From the human T2T-CHM13v2.0 reference genome, Homo sapiens: DNA of 64,000 nucleotides. Positions within the stretch are counted from its first letter, which is position 1. The number at the start of each line of letters is the position of its first letter. Under the pieces are notes generated by a model. It had not been told where the DNA came from. It was given only the letters and a program-made list of their open reading frames with translations, and ran no database searches. Shown in pieces: positions 15,311 through 28,157 of the stretch. The stretch is taken from NCBI RefSeq assembly GCF_009914755.1, contig NC_060928.1; one strand, 5' to 3'. The translations under genes were made by a program, and so were the position numbers.

Positions 15311-16386
15311 AACAGTGCTTTTTAAACCAGACCTGTCTTTCCTCATTTGTTATACATGGTTGAATTTAAACAAGGTAATGAACAGGTGAGAAAAATAGAG
15401 AAGAAAAAATTTAGAGAAGAACTAAAATCAAAATTTTTAAAAAGTTGATGATAATTTTTAAAAAGCGTGGTTCACTACAAAGGTAATTTATACATTTTAT
15501 GCAAATAAATGTGAAGCTTTTGATTATTCCAATTCGAGTAACAGGAATCTCTATACCATTATTTTATGTCAAAGTTTTGGGAATTAAATAGCAAAGGAAG
15601 CACAGATATAGCTGTAGCTAGAAAACATACCATCTTGACAGAACATGAGGAGAGCCTCACACTTTTCCATAAAACTTACTTTTCACATTCTAGTTTCTTA
15701 AAGACCTAGAACTCAATTAGTGCAATTCCTACCAATGCAGAAGGCCCAGTGTCAGTCAGTTCCTCATGCTGGGAAGCTCTTCTCATGGAGTAAATCAGAC
15801 GTTCTAGCTGGCTTTAGTTTCCAGAGATGTCTGCCTTGTATTTAACCCAAAACTGCCTCTCAGCCTTTTCTGTTCAATAGACAGAGTTCTATGAGAAGCC
15901 TACTTCCACTTAAATGGTAACTTTATAGAATCTATTTGAAAAAAAACCAAAAAACTATTCTACATCACTAGTAAACTTAAGCCAGATTAAAATGTAAACA
16001 AATGTAATTTTTTTTTTTAGTTAAAAGTAATCAAAAAAGGAGATCATTGGGTACTTTCCCTTGCTTTCTGATAAAAGTACAGGGCATCATTTTATCCATC
16101 TGGAGATCTTTTAGATTTCTAATAATTTCTAGAGTTAGAAATTCAAAAGCATTCCTCTGTAATCAATGCCTAAGGCGGGGGCTCTAGAATAAAGACTGGA
16201 AATTGTTAAGTCCACAAGCTGAATTCTGTCCCCCAATAAGATTTATTTGACTCATGTAATGTTTTGGAAAATAAACCAATTTCTTAAACTTTGGTGATTT
16301 CAAATTTTTAAAAATCCAGATTCCTGGTTTCTTGAGAGATGGCAATACCAGACTCATGCTTCCCTGGCAAAAATAAGAGGATCTCA

Positions 16387-16757
<371 letters not shown>

Positions 16758-19700
16758 TTATCATTGCATTTTCACTGTTGTTTCCCCAAAACCTAACCTA
16801 CTTTACTTATTTATATTTCTTGCTAGCCTCTGTAAATACCTGAGTTTGAGATTCCTGTGCTAACCCATGATTTCAACCATTTTTAAAGTATGAAGACACA
16901 ATATAATTATGCTTTTGATACCTGTTAATTGAAAAATGGGAAAAAATTATGCAACTTCAGCACTGTCTTTAAATAAATTTATCTTTTATAAATCACAACT
17001 GTATCTACAAATATTTGTATATTTATATGTGAGAGTAATATTTAGTTCATGGATGATACATAAAGCACACATGAATCAGTAAACCTTTGCACTAAGTCTT
17101 AGGTTTTCCCAGGGATCCGTAAGCCAAAGGTTGGGAATCACTGGTCTAGTAAAAGGAATTCTGGACTGGGAATTGGGAGACACAAACCTTAGTCCTATCC
17201 CCTCATTGAACAGGCTATGATTGGTGATTTGAGGCAAGTCAAATAACCTTTTGTGGCCTCAATTAACCTTGTTGTCCTCATGAGCAGAGCGAATAGACTA
17301 GATAATTGTTGAGAACATTTCCATCAATAAAACACAATAATATTATGCCTTATGACTCCTTTTACCTACCATAAAAACCCAGACATCCACAAAACTCCCA
17401 AAAAGTATACTTTGATGGATTAAAGGAAAGAATTGTCATGGAAAACCTGAAAACACAATGAAAACTAACTCTACCATTTCCAGATTTAGACACAATACCA
17501 TATTGTCTGTCCCAAACCATGTTTGAAAAACTAGTAGTGTATCTGCAAATAAATTCTCCCAAAGAGAAGTTCATATTACAGATACATTTCACTTGAATTC
17601 AGATATTTGGGCTACATTTATTAGACATGCAAGTTTATGGAAATCAGCACACAACTACTAAGAGTCAGAGTCAAAACCAGAACCCAGATCCACTTGACTC
17701 CGAATCCTGTGCTCAGAGCCTCTACATTCTATTACCACTGTCCCAGGGTTTCAATGCTTAGAGAGCTTAGACTAATGCTAGGTACATAAATGTGGTCAAT
17801 AAATATTGATAATCTGAGAATGTTTATGATATAAGTCCAGCACAGAATAGATCATTATTTCAGTATACACTGTAAAAAATTTTAATATTATAACTGTAAT
17901 ATTAAAACACTGGGCATCACTCCAACTCACAGTATCTTGCCTTAGAATTTCCTCTGTTAGAGAAGTCTGTAATTGTAGCAAATACAAGTTTCCTACCTAA
18001 TGTACATTTTCACTTTCTATCTTCTAACAGAATCCTTACTTTGTTTATGACAAATATACACCCAGTTACAATATACACTCATCAGATTCTCTTGCAGTCA
18101 GAGGTTGCCATGAAACCGAGATCTAGCCAAGGATGCAAGTCTTCTGAGTGGGGCTTTCAAGAAAGCTGTTGTTTTCCTAATAAAAAAGGACAGATTTGGC
18201 CAGTATATGCCTTTTACCTTCATCCTTCCTCACTTCTTTCCCAAAGCATGGACACTTCTCCCTGGAGGGGAAGCATCCAGCGCATGACCATGATGATAAA
18301 AACCACACCTAGGACAGTGAAGGAGGAAGTCAGAAAGAGCATGAATTCTGTCTGGACTTCTTGCTTAGAAAAACAAACCCCAGTTGTTATGCTAATATGG
18401 TAAATTTTTCATTGTATACAACTGGGTATCCTAATGCATATAAAGCTATAGTAATTGATAGTCCCAAATTATCAACAGTAAAATAAGAGTTTGATAAATG
18501 TAAATTACAGTTCTTAGGGTATTATCATGCCTCTATCATGAACCACTGCATAGATACTTTGAGTTATTCATTCTCTAGCTTTACACTAAGCCTAAACAGA
18601 TCTAGCCCTTGTTGACCTGGACTTTAAAGATACTATAGAAATACAGGGAAAATCAATGAGTAATAATGTGAGTAAATCAATGAGTAATAACAAAACATGT
18701 TTAGCAAGACAAATTTTTCCAAAGTAGTTTTTTGTGTCAAAAAGTAATATTAAAGTCTTGTTTTCCTTTGTTTCCTGATTCAGAGCCATCTGACCAATAT
18801 ACCCTAAAGCATTGGTTTGCTCCTAATAGGTCAGAGGTGTGCCAAGCTGCTGCTTCACCTCAGTCCACAGGTCAACTGGGTAGGACCTAGACTGGCCAGA
18901 GCCCCCAGGGCTGGTTGCCTTTGTTCATAAGAGTCTCATCCACTTACCTCAATCTACTATGCAAACATTCTCATTGTCTATGCACATGATGAGAAAAGGG
19001 TGGGGAAGCACTACCCTATATGACAGCTAGATGCTATCAAAATCATAATGGTGGTGGGAGAAAAATAGCCTATTTATAATACTAGATGGACCAAACATTA
19101 GTTAACACACATAACATCATTTTATTCTCAGCAAAATCAAGAATGGTCAGTAGGGCAGTTACGTTTATATCAAGGTTCAAGGATGGATGATTTGCCCACT
19201 AACACTCACTGCTGAAAGACAGCAGAGCCCAGACTTTTAAATCAAGAATTTCTACATCCAAACACTATGCTTTTTTTGATATACCTCTCTATATGATGAC
19301 ATTCCAAGTTTACACAGATCTTTAAAAATAGTGTTTTGATTTCGTTCTCTGAAGAAAATTCAAATGGTTTTCTTTGTTTTCTCTTGTGACTGCCATGCAA
19401 ACACTAACGTATGTTGAAACTGATACTCTCTTAGAACTTAGCATGACTGAGAAAGCATAACACTAATCAACATACTTGGCTGTACCAATTTTCTTTTTAC
19501 AGCTCCCTACCATTGAAAAGCAGAGAGCCAACCCTTGACATTTTGTGTGAGTAGAAAAGTGAATTTTTGCCCACCACGCTAGAAATCTCCTCAAAAGTAT
19601 CTATGAAAAAGTGAACAGAATAAAAGTAAAAGAGTATGCTGCCATTGAGTATGCTTAAATTTTTGTTTTGTTTTGCTTCATTTTGTCAGAGATTTGTATT

Positions 19701-19781
19701 GCCTTTCCATACAAGGGAAGAATATACAGAAATTAAAGAAACTGTCAAAAGTAAACTACATATTTAACAGATGAAAGAAAA

Positions 19782-21174
19782 TCCCTCTCCCCCTCCCCCT
19801 CCCCCTCCCTCTCGTCTCCGTCTCCCCTTTGCACGGTCTCCCTCTGATGCCCAGCCGAGGCTGGACTGTACTGCCGCCATCTCGGCTCACTGCAACCTCC
19901 CTGCCTGATTCTCCTGCCTCAGCCTGCCAAGTGCCTGGGATTGCAGGTGCGCGCCGCCACGCGTGACTGGTTTTTGTATTTTTTGGGAAGACGGGGTTTC
20001 GCCATGTTGGCTGGCCTGGTCTCCAGCTCCTGACCGCAAGTGATCTGCCAGCCTCGGCCTCCCGAGGTGCCGGGATTGCAGACGGAGTCTCGCTCACTCA
20101 GTGCTCAATGTTGCCCAGGCTGGAGTGCAGTGGTGTGATCTCAGCTGGCTACAACCTCCACCTCCCAGCCGCCTGCCTTGGCCTCCCAAAGTGCCGAGAT
20201 TGCAACCTCTGCCCGGCCGCCACCCCGCCCCACAAGAAGTGAGGAGCGTCTCTGCCCGGCCGCCCATCGTCTGGGATGTGAGGAGCCCCTCTGCCCAGCC
20301 GCCCAGTCTGGGAAGTGAGGAGCGCCTCTTCCCGGCTGCCGGCCGTCATCCTGTCTAGGAAGTGAGGAGTGTCTCTGCCCCGCCGCCACCCCGTCTGGGA
20401 GGTGAGGAGCGTCTCTGACCGGCCGCCCAGTCTGAGAAGTGAGGAGCCCCTCTGCCCGGCAGCTGCCCCGTCTGGGAAGTGAGGAGCCCCTCCGCCCGGC
20501 AGCCGACCCGTCCGGGAGGTGGGGGGCAGCCCCCGCCCGGCTGCTGCCCCGTCTGGGAGGTGGGGGGCGCCTCTGCCCGGCCGCCCCATCTGGGAAGTGA
20601 GGAGCCCCTCTGCCCGGCCGCCACCCCATCTGGGAGGTGTACCCAACAGCTCATTGAGAACAGGCCATGATGACGATGGTGGTTTTGTCGAATAGAAAGG
20701 GGGGATGTGTGGGGAAAAGAAAGAGAGATCGGATTGTTACTGTGTCTGTCTGGAAAGAATTAGACATAGGAGATTCCATTTTGTTCTATACTAAGAAAAA
20801 TTCTTCTGCCTTGGGATGCTGTTAATCTATAACCTTGCCCCCAACCCCCTGCTCTCTGAAACATGTGCTGTGTCCACTCAGGGTTAAATGGATTAAGGGC
20901 GGTGCAAGATGTGCTTTGTTAAACAGATGCTTGAAGGCAGCATGCTCGTTAAGAGTCATCACCACTCCCTAATCTCAAGTACCCAGGGACACAAACACTG
21001 CGGAAGGCGGCAGGGCCCTCTGCCTAGGAAAACCAGAGACCTTTGTTCACATGTTTATCTGCTGACCTTCCCTCCACTATTGTCCTATGACCCTGCCAAA
21101 TCCCCCTCTCCGAGAAACACCCAAGAATGATCAATAAATACTAAAAAAATAAAAAAAAAGAACAAAAAGAAAAA
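19782..21174 (+). mobile_element. Full-length SVA retrotransposon, older (A/B-like) subfamily
   Basis: In order: CCCTCT/CCCCCT hexamer head (19782-~19812), antisense Alu-like domain (~19830-20210), GC-rich VNTR of ...GGGAAGTGAGGAGC...TCTGCCCGGCCGCC units (~20210-20640), SINE-R (~20640-21140), AATAAA at 21133 and an A-rich tail. Confidence 0.97.
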
Positions 21175-21324
21175 GGGATATCATTTAAACACAGTATGTA
21201 GAAAAGAATAATTATTGAATCTGTACTGGTCTTTAACTTTTACACTTTGATCTTTAATTCTGTTATTGTGATTGAGTCCAAAGAAAAATAGTATGAGTAA
21301 AATAAAAAGAACACCAAAAATGCT

Positions 21325-21327
<3 letters not shown>

Positions 21328-21361
<34 letters not shown>
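21328..21361 (+). repeat. (AT)n microsatellite, ~17 units
   Basis: Read directly from the sequence. Confidence 0.95.
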
Positions 21362-21363
<2 letters not shown>

Positions 21364-21906
21364 TTTAATCCACAGGGCAATCACCGTCAAGAGATATTAT
21401 TGAAATAAAATTTAAGTTTCCTAGCCTTGTTTTAGAAAGCTGGGCAACCAATAGATTTCAATGGCTTGAAGTGATACTTTAATTTCTTTATAACAATGCA
21501 GAAACTAAAGAGGATGCATTCATAAAAATAGGGAGGTATGGCAGGATCTATAAGTAGCTAATACAGACAGATTAATAAGCATAGGCAATATCTAACATAT
21601 TAACCAGAATATTAATTCTCTGTTCAGAATACAAGAACATAATGGGATGGTTGAGCATGCACGGCATAAAACGATATATGTAAGCAAACATGAGTTACAG
21701 AATATAATACATGAAATGGTTACCACAGGTGAGGTTGTGGCAGGTTTAGAATATCATGTTTAAAGACATGGGCTACAGATCCACAATACCTGGGCTCAAT
21801 TCCAGGCTCTACTGTTTATCAGTTGGGTGATGTTAGCACACTTAAATTTTTAGTATACAAAAATGGTTACTTTCTTGATCCTATCAACAGTTAAGATGGT
21901 AATGGA

Positions 21907-23259
21907 GGGTAGCCAATCATATACCCAAAAGATACAGTCCTGAACTCCCTAATCCTTAATGTTGAAATCCTAAAAGATCAGAAGCCCTAAAGCTGAAATC
22001 CTAAACATTGTAATCCTAAAAGTATAATTCTGGAAAAAAAATTTTTTAATCTTTAAAGATATTTACATTTTTAAAAGGTGATTTATTTGATAAACAACAT
22101 GACAGAACATTCCATAAGCCACTTTACACAAAAAAACAGCCAATGATAATCTATATTTTTGTAAGCATAAACACTCAGGTATACTAATGACAGTCACAGA
22201 GGTATAACAGTTAAGATGAGAGGAAATATATTTATAGAGAAATAGGGTCAAAAAGGGAAATGTATACATATATCCCTCTAATTGGTAATTGTGTGCACCC
22301 AGCTTTACGTAACTGCAATCATCTGAATTACTATGATGAACAACCTCTTGTCTTTTGACAAGATTGATCAAAAACCAAAATGGCTGAGACAGGAAAAAAA
22401 CAAAACAAAACACACAACGAGTCACTACCCACAAGAGCCAAGATTTTGAGAAATTTTGTCTTTCACAAGTGCAGATGTATGAAAAGGACACCTCTTCATT
22501 TACTGAGGAAGTTTCAATGCTTTTATATACATGTACAATGCTTACACACAAAGTCAATGTTGTGATAATGTACATTTGTGGAGTCAAATTTGAAAAAAAA
22601 AAAAACATTAAATCAGTTAGAACTCTTTGAAAGTCTCTACACATTTTATACCTCCAATTTATACTGGATGTTGGTAACATGGCTCAGGCTGAAGAAGCCT
22701 CAGGATTCTGGGGATCAGTGATGTAAGTTCTGGAGTCTAAAGTCCAGCAAGCCTGGAGTTCTGATGTCTAAGGCAGCAAAAGAAAAGTCTGTCCCAGCTC
22801 TCAGAGAAAGACCAATTTGCTTTCTGTATTATTATAGTTCTATCCCGGCCCCAGCTGTTTGGATGCTGCCCACCAACACCGAGGGTTGATCTTCCCCACC
22901 AAATCCACTCAGGCTCACACACTCATTTCCTCTGGAAACACCTTCACAGACACACCCAAAATAATGTCTTACCAGATTTCTAGGTATTCTTTAATACAGT
23001 CAAGTTGACAAGTAAAATTAAGTCCACAAGTCCACCCCTTGTCAACTTGACAACCATGCACATCTTCTTAAACCATACTTAATTTCCAAATAAAGACAAT
23101 AACAAGAAAATGGTTCCACCAAACATGATTCAACTACCCTGTGTTTGTGATTTTCAGGATTTTAGATGTTAGGAACTTAGGCTTTAGGGATTTTGATCTT
23201 TCAGATATCAACACTTGGAGCTGGTGTTCAGAAATGTGTCTTTTAAGATTATCCAAACC
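21907..23259 (+). mobile_element. Ricksha (non-autonomous MuDR-type DNA transposon) carrying an MLT2/ERVL fragment
   Basis: The left end GGGT..ATCATA..CCCAAAAGATACAGTCC...AATGTTGAAATCCTAAAAGATCAGAAGCCCTAAAG and the right end CTTTAGGGATTTTGATCTTTCAGATATCAACA...TGTGTCTTTTAAGATTATCCAAACC form long imperfect inverted repeats. The internal ~22700-23140 segment resembles an MLT2 LTR plus adjacent ERVL internal sequence, as known for Ricksha. Confidence 0.8.
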
Positions 23260-24740
23260 TATAAAACTAAAGCACTATATAAAAAGTAGAATTGTTATTC
23301 AATTGTTAATCGATTCCCTATTTTCAATAATTCTTTTTAACCAAATTTTCATCAACCACAAAATGTGCATAAGGCATACAATAAATTTTGCCACTCAGTA
23401 ACAAGAAAGCCAAAACTGTACATCGGAATAACATGAGTGCAAACCTTACGCCAACTTTCCAACAGCAAACTGTAGGCAAGTTCACTGTAAAAGCCAGGCT
23501 AACCTAGTTCCAGCACACACAAAGCACATTTGGAAGGCAATTCAGTTTTCCAATATATACTGGGATATCCTTTCCTATTCTACAAGACCGAGTCAGAATC
23601 ACCACTGCCCCAATACTATGTTTTTTATCCTGAGATGTAAATCAATAATCATTTCAGCAGCTAAGTGAAAACACAAATGCTTCTTTTCAGTACATTTTTG
23701 ATTTCTCAACATACTTAGTAAGAGGTATGTCTATACTGGCCAAGTAAGTCTATCTTCAGAAATAAAGTCCTATTGGTCTTCACAAAGGCTGAAAAAATGT
23801 GTGTGTGTGTTCCAGTGGTAAGTTTGAATATGTCAAATTTATTTGACATCTTCTTTACCCTGTTTAAAGTGTATATCCAAAGTTAATCTAAGCTGTAGTG
23901 TGTACTTAGTATTATAAGATGTCTCTAAAACTTAAAAATATGCTAAAATTTCCACAAATTCTTAATTTTTAATCTTTAATTTCTGAGTATACAAATTTTC
24001 CTAATATTAGTACAAATGCACAGAAGTATTTTAAAAGCAAGAACATGCAATATCCTAAGCAACCATAAATAGAGAAACTAATTAAAAAATGAAGTGCTGG
24101 GCCAATGAACACCTTGAGTGAATATCAAATGAATATTCTTACAGCATGATTTCAGTTCCAAAAGTACCATAGCAACATATAAATGTTTAAAAAAGCTATC
24201 CAAATAACCTAGGTTAAAACATGTCATCTTGTTATCTGTTTCCAAAATTATGCTTCTTAGGAATAACTTTTAATTAAATTCTCCTAGCATTCAAACCTAC
24301 TTTGAATCCCAGCACTCTTCCAAGCACTGTATAAATCATATTAAAACTTTCTAAGTTGATATTTATTGATGGCCAAACACATGCAATCACATATAGTGTT
24401 ATACTTAATGAAATGGCTTTAAGTTTTTCTTAAATGGATTTTAAGTTGGCAAATAGGTTTTATACTAAGCAAGAAAATGTTTCATTTCTGTGGAAACTTC
24501 ATTCAATTCCCATCTTGACAGGGTTTCATTTTCTATAAGCAACCATAAGAAAGGTCAACAGTGGGCACAAAGTAAAGTTCACATGCATGAGAGACTAAGG
24601 TTTACAGCTGCACATTCTGCTCCCGGGAAGTCTGGACACTTCTCCCAGAGAGGCCCAACAGAGGACAAGAGGAAAAGATGGAGGATATATAAGCGGCCTC
24701 AGCTGCAACTTCCTGAATGAAGAAGTCTTCATACACCTAA

Positions 24741-24744
<4 letters not shown>

Positions 24745-24780
<36 letters not shown>
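24745..24780 (+). repeat. (AC)18 microsatellite
   Basis: Read directly; a perfect repeat, likely polymorphic. Confidence 0.95.
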
Positions 24781-24781
<1 letters not shown>

Positions 24782-25117
24782 AGCAAATGAATAGAAATGT
24801 GGTACATTTTTAAAGTACTCACATTTCACATAGAACTTTTAATAACTTCTTACTTTCAGATAGACACAGGCTCAATCCATACGCATGGAAATTAGCTTTA
24901 CACAAAATATAAATAATGAATTTGATACAAAATAACATGAATGCCTTCATGAGTTATATTGCAGTTATTATTGGAAGTGAAGGTAGTTAGATTTTATGAT
25001 GTTTAATCATATTTCCCTAAAATTAGCAGAACCTACTTTACTGGGATGTTTAGGTATTATTCTGGATAATACCAATTAATTCAAATTCAAAATAAAATAA
25101 GAAAAGTCAAAATATAA

Positions 25118-25520
25118 GGCTGGGCATGGTGGTTGACAGTTGTAATCTCAGCACTTTGGGAGGCCAAGCAGAGAGGATCGCTTGAGCCCAGGAGTTTGAG
25201 ATCAGCCTGGGCAACACAGTGAGGCCCCATCTCTATTTAATTAAAAAAAAAATACACACACATATGTAATATATGTGTGTATATATGTGTGTGTATATGT
25301 AAGTATATATGTTATATATACACACGTGTGTGTGCATGTGTATATATACATATACATGTATATATATGGACTTATATATGATATATATTATATGTACACA
25401 TACAGATATATATACTGGACATATAGATACAGGTGTGTATATATATACACACACAGGTATATATACATTGGAAATTGGAATATATATATTTTTTATATAT
25501 AATATATATATAATATATAA
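25118..25520 (+). mobile_element. FLAM/Alu monomer whose tail is followed by ~270 bp of degenerate (TA/CA/TG)n low-complexity DNA
   Basis: GGCTGGGCATGGTGG...GAGGATCGCTTGAGCCCAGGAGTTTGAG...A-tail to ~25252, then an alternating purine-pyrimidine tract. Confidence 0.85.
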
Positions 25521-25813
25521 AAACACTACTGAAAATGGCAATTTCCAATCCTATAATATTGTGTAACATCTCAAAGAAACAGTTTTTAAAGTTTGAAATG
25601 ACAATCTCACAGAGAATATATCAATAGGAAACTCTTTGAATAGGATGTACTACATTTTATTTTTCCTTACAGATAATACTCTCTGTATTTTGCTATTTTA
25701 ACAAGGTCTAGGCTCTAAGGAATATTAATTAGACAAGCAATTAGAAGAGAGGCCATGTCACTACCATGCCATTGCAGAAAAATACTGCAGTGGAAACCTC
25801 TAATCCTATAGGC

Positions 25814-26135
25814 CAGGGGTCGCCAACCCTGGGCTGCAGACAGGTACCCGTCCATGGCCTGTTAGGAACCGGGCACAGCAGGAGGTGTGCAGTGGGCAAG
25901 CAAGCATTACTGCCTGAGCTCCGCCTTCTGTCAGATCAGCGGCAGCATTCGATTCTCATAGGAGTGTGAACCCTACTGTGAAGTGCACATATGAGGGATC
26001 TAGGTTGCATGCCCCTTATGAGACTCTAACTAATGCCTGATGATGTGAGGTGGAACGGTTTCATCATGAAACCATGCACCTCCATCCCTGTCCCCTGATG
26101 GCTGCCCTTGGTGCCAAAAATGTTGGGGACCGTTG
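25814..26135 (+). mobile_element. MER1B hAT-Charlie MITE
   Basis: Termini CAGGGGTCGCCAAC / GTTGGGGACCGTTG with a perfect 8-bp TSD CTATAGGC (25806-25813 and 26136-26143). Confidence 0.92.
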
Positions 26136-26285
26136 CTATAGGCTGGCTAGCATTCATCAGGCCTCATGAAATTCCAAACAACTCCAGTGAAGATGGTTAC
26201 CTCCTCTTCCCAAAACAGTATTTATTTTGAAACCTGTTTCGTGTATCAGTGATGTTTGTGTCCTGTATCTTTGTTAGACACTCAC

Positions 26286-26535
26286 CCGTAATTTTTTGCA
26301 GCAAAGGTGACAATCCAGATTCCTCACAGAAGACCTGAGCCAATGCTTTCTTGACTTTTTCTTCTGCTTCACACAGGTCTTTGTCTACTGTGAGCTCTCC
26401 AGTGACAGAATAAATATATATGAGAAGGATCAGCAGTTCCTCAGGGCTGTAGTCCTCGTTGGTTCTCTGGGTTACAGGCTTAATCATGGGCAGCAGCTGA
26501 TTTAACACAACGGACATTGCTGACTCCCCAATGCT
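26286..26535 (-). CDS. SCFD2: Internal coding exon (250 bp, phase 0 start, phase 1 end) of Sec1 family domain-containing protein 2; probably exon 5
   Basis: The minus strand reads TTTTTTATTTTAG|AGC ATT GGG GAG TCA GCA ATG... (acceptor AG at 26537-26536 after a pyrimidine tract; branch-like TTGAC at 26567-26563). It ends ...ATT ACG G|GTGAGT (donor GT at 26285-26284). The 83 open, non-repeat codons give SIGESAMSVVLNQLLPMIKPVTQRTNEDYSPEELLILLIYIYSVTGELTVDKDLCEAEEKVKKALAQVFCEESGLSPLLQKIT, which I recognise as SCFD2. The exon number is from memory. Confidence 0.93.
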
Positions 26536-27607
26536 CTAAAATAAAAAATGATATGAAAATATGTCAATCTTGTATAAAGACATAATTTATGGATTACATT
26601 AGTCGAATGATAGCTTTCAAACAAGTCTGTATATGATATTTACTGACTGCATCACTTTTTATTTGTGTGTTTCTTGTCCTGGAGAGAATACTACAAGAAG
26701 TTTGGCATCAGAGTTTTTGTTTTGAAAGTCCTAATTTATAAAATGGCCAGTCAAGTTGTAGGTTCCATTATATCATCTTAACATTGCTTAAACAAATAGG
26801 AGTCCATTAATTTTAAAGAAAAAAAAGTAAGTACTTCAGATGAAATTTTAAAGAAAAATAGTATATTTGTAAGATAATATTATTTAACAAAAAAACAAAA
26901 ATGGCAGCATCTATATATCCAAATGAATGCTGACACTACTTCAGAGGAATCACCTCGGATTTTCCAGCATATTCTTTATAATAGTTTCTATATCAGCAAA
27001 TATTAGCCAGAATACTTTTTAAAACAACAAAAAGTCACTTTCTGCTAAATCTGATGAATAAAATACAGAATCACACAGGGTAATGGTCACTTAGGGTTCA
27101 AAATTTCTTTGAGTGAGTCAGTAGATAACTCGCATTAAATTTAAAAAAATTGCCTTTATATCTTCCACAACTTCTCGAGTGATATTTAGCAGAGGATTTC
27201 AAAATTCTTTGAATGTGATAATAGCACTGTATTACTGGAGTAACTGTGTAAGTTCCCAGAAACTGTACCTATTTCTATCATAAATTCTGAGATTTTTGGT
27301 GGATACAGAAATCCTCATCTTAAATAATATGATTTAACTCCTCTTAAAATATAAAATAATCCTGTAAGATAAAACTCTACACTTTGTATTTATATTCAAT
27401 ACAAATTGAATATCATATTCAAATCAGGGGCCAAATTAATACAACTTGCAACTTACATTATTCATTCAGAAGCATTCATTGAGCACCTACTATGTTCTAG
27501 GCACTAGTCTAGGTATACAGCAGTGCACAAAACAAATTCCCTGCTTTCATAGAGTTTACATTCTAGTTAGAGAAAACAATTAAAAAGCAAAAGAAGTAAA
27601 ACATAAA

Positions 27608-27937
27608 CAGCAGCCCACCCTTATCCATGGTTTTGCTTTCCATGGTTTCACTTACCTGTGGTCCAAAAATATTACATACAATAAGATATTTTGAGACAGA
27701 GATAGAGAGAGACCCCATTCCTAAAACTTTTAGTATAGTATATTATTATAACTGTTCTAATTTTTATTAGTTATTGTTAATCTCTTACTGTGCCTAATTT
27801 ACAAATTAAACTTTATCATAGGTATGTATAGAAAAAAACACAGTATATACAGGATTCAGGACTATGGATAGTTTCAGGAATCTACTGGCAGTCTTGTGTC
27901 TTGGAAAATATCCCATGCAGATAAGCAGGGACTAGTG
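27608..27937 (+). mobile_element. MER44A-like Tigger MITE inserted in an L2 relic
   Basis: Termini CAGCAGCCCACCCTTATCC / GATAAGCAGGGACTAGTG; L2-like sequence at ~27460-27600. Confidence 0.75.
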
Positions 27938-28033
27938 TAGTATATTAGAGTAGTAAGTGCTATAAACAAAAATAAAGCGGGAAAGGAAACAACATCTTAA
28001 GATGTGTGTCTGTGTGTATGAATATGCACACAT

Positions 28034-28157
28034 AGTTTGGGGCTGCAGTGAGCTATGATTGTGCCAGTGCACTCTAGCCTGCACAACAGAGCAAGATACT
28101 GTCTCTAAAAAAATTTTTTTTAATGCTCAAAGAAGAAAAGCTTTATTGTGGATACAG
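28034..28157 (+). repeat. Dispersed copy of 29891-30001 (Alu 3' end plus unique flank)
   Basis: Near-identical sequence, including the non-Alu flank TAATGCTCAAAGAAGAAAAGCTTTATTGTGGATACAG. Confidence 0.93.

Noticed and set aside
20210-20640. Regularly spaced ~37-50 bp GC-rich repeats that superficially resemble a CRISPR array, and overlapping 99-165 aa ORFs
   Set aside because: This is the SVA VNTR: whole units are repeated with no unique spacers and no cas genes. The ORFs are a by-product of high GC content.
22063-22680. 205-aa minus-strand ORF, the longest non-L1 ORF
   Set aside because: It lies inside the Ricksha relic, has F/L/C/V-rich composition typical of AT-rich noncoding DNA, and shows no recognisable domain.
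25233-25569. Four overlapping Y/I/C/V/H-rich ORFs
   Set aside because: Translation of (TA/CA/TG)n low-complexity DNA.
26197-26517. 106-aa ORF as a standalone gene
   Set aside because: It is an internal exon with clear splice sites; the ATG is internal and the last 29 aa are intronic read-through.
26534-26537. Tandem AG-AG acceptor
   Set aside because: The second AG is 2 nt downstream and would frameshift; there is no evidence of use and the first AG keeps the frame.
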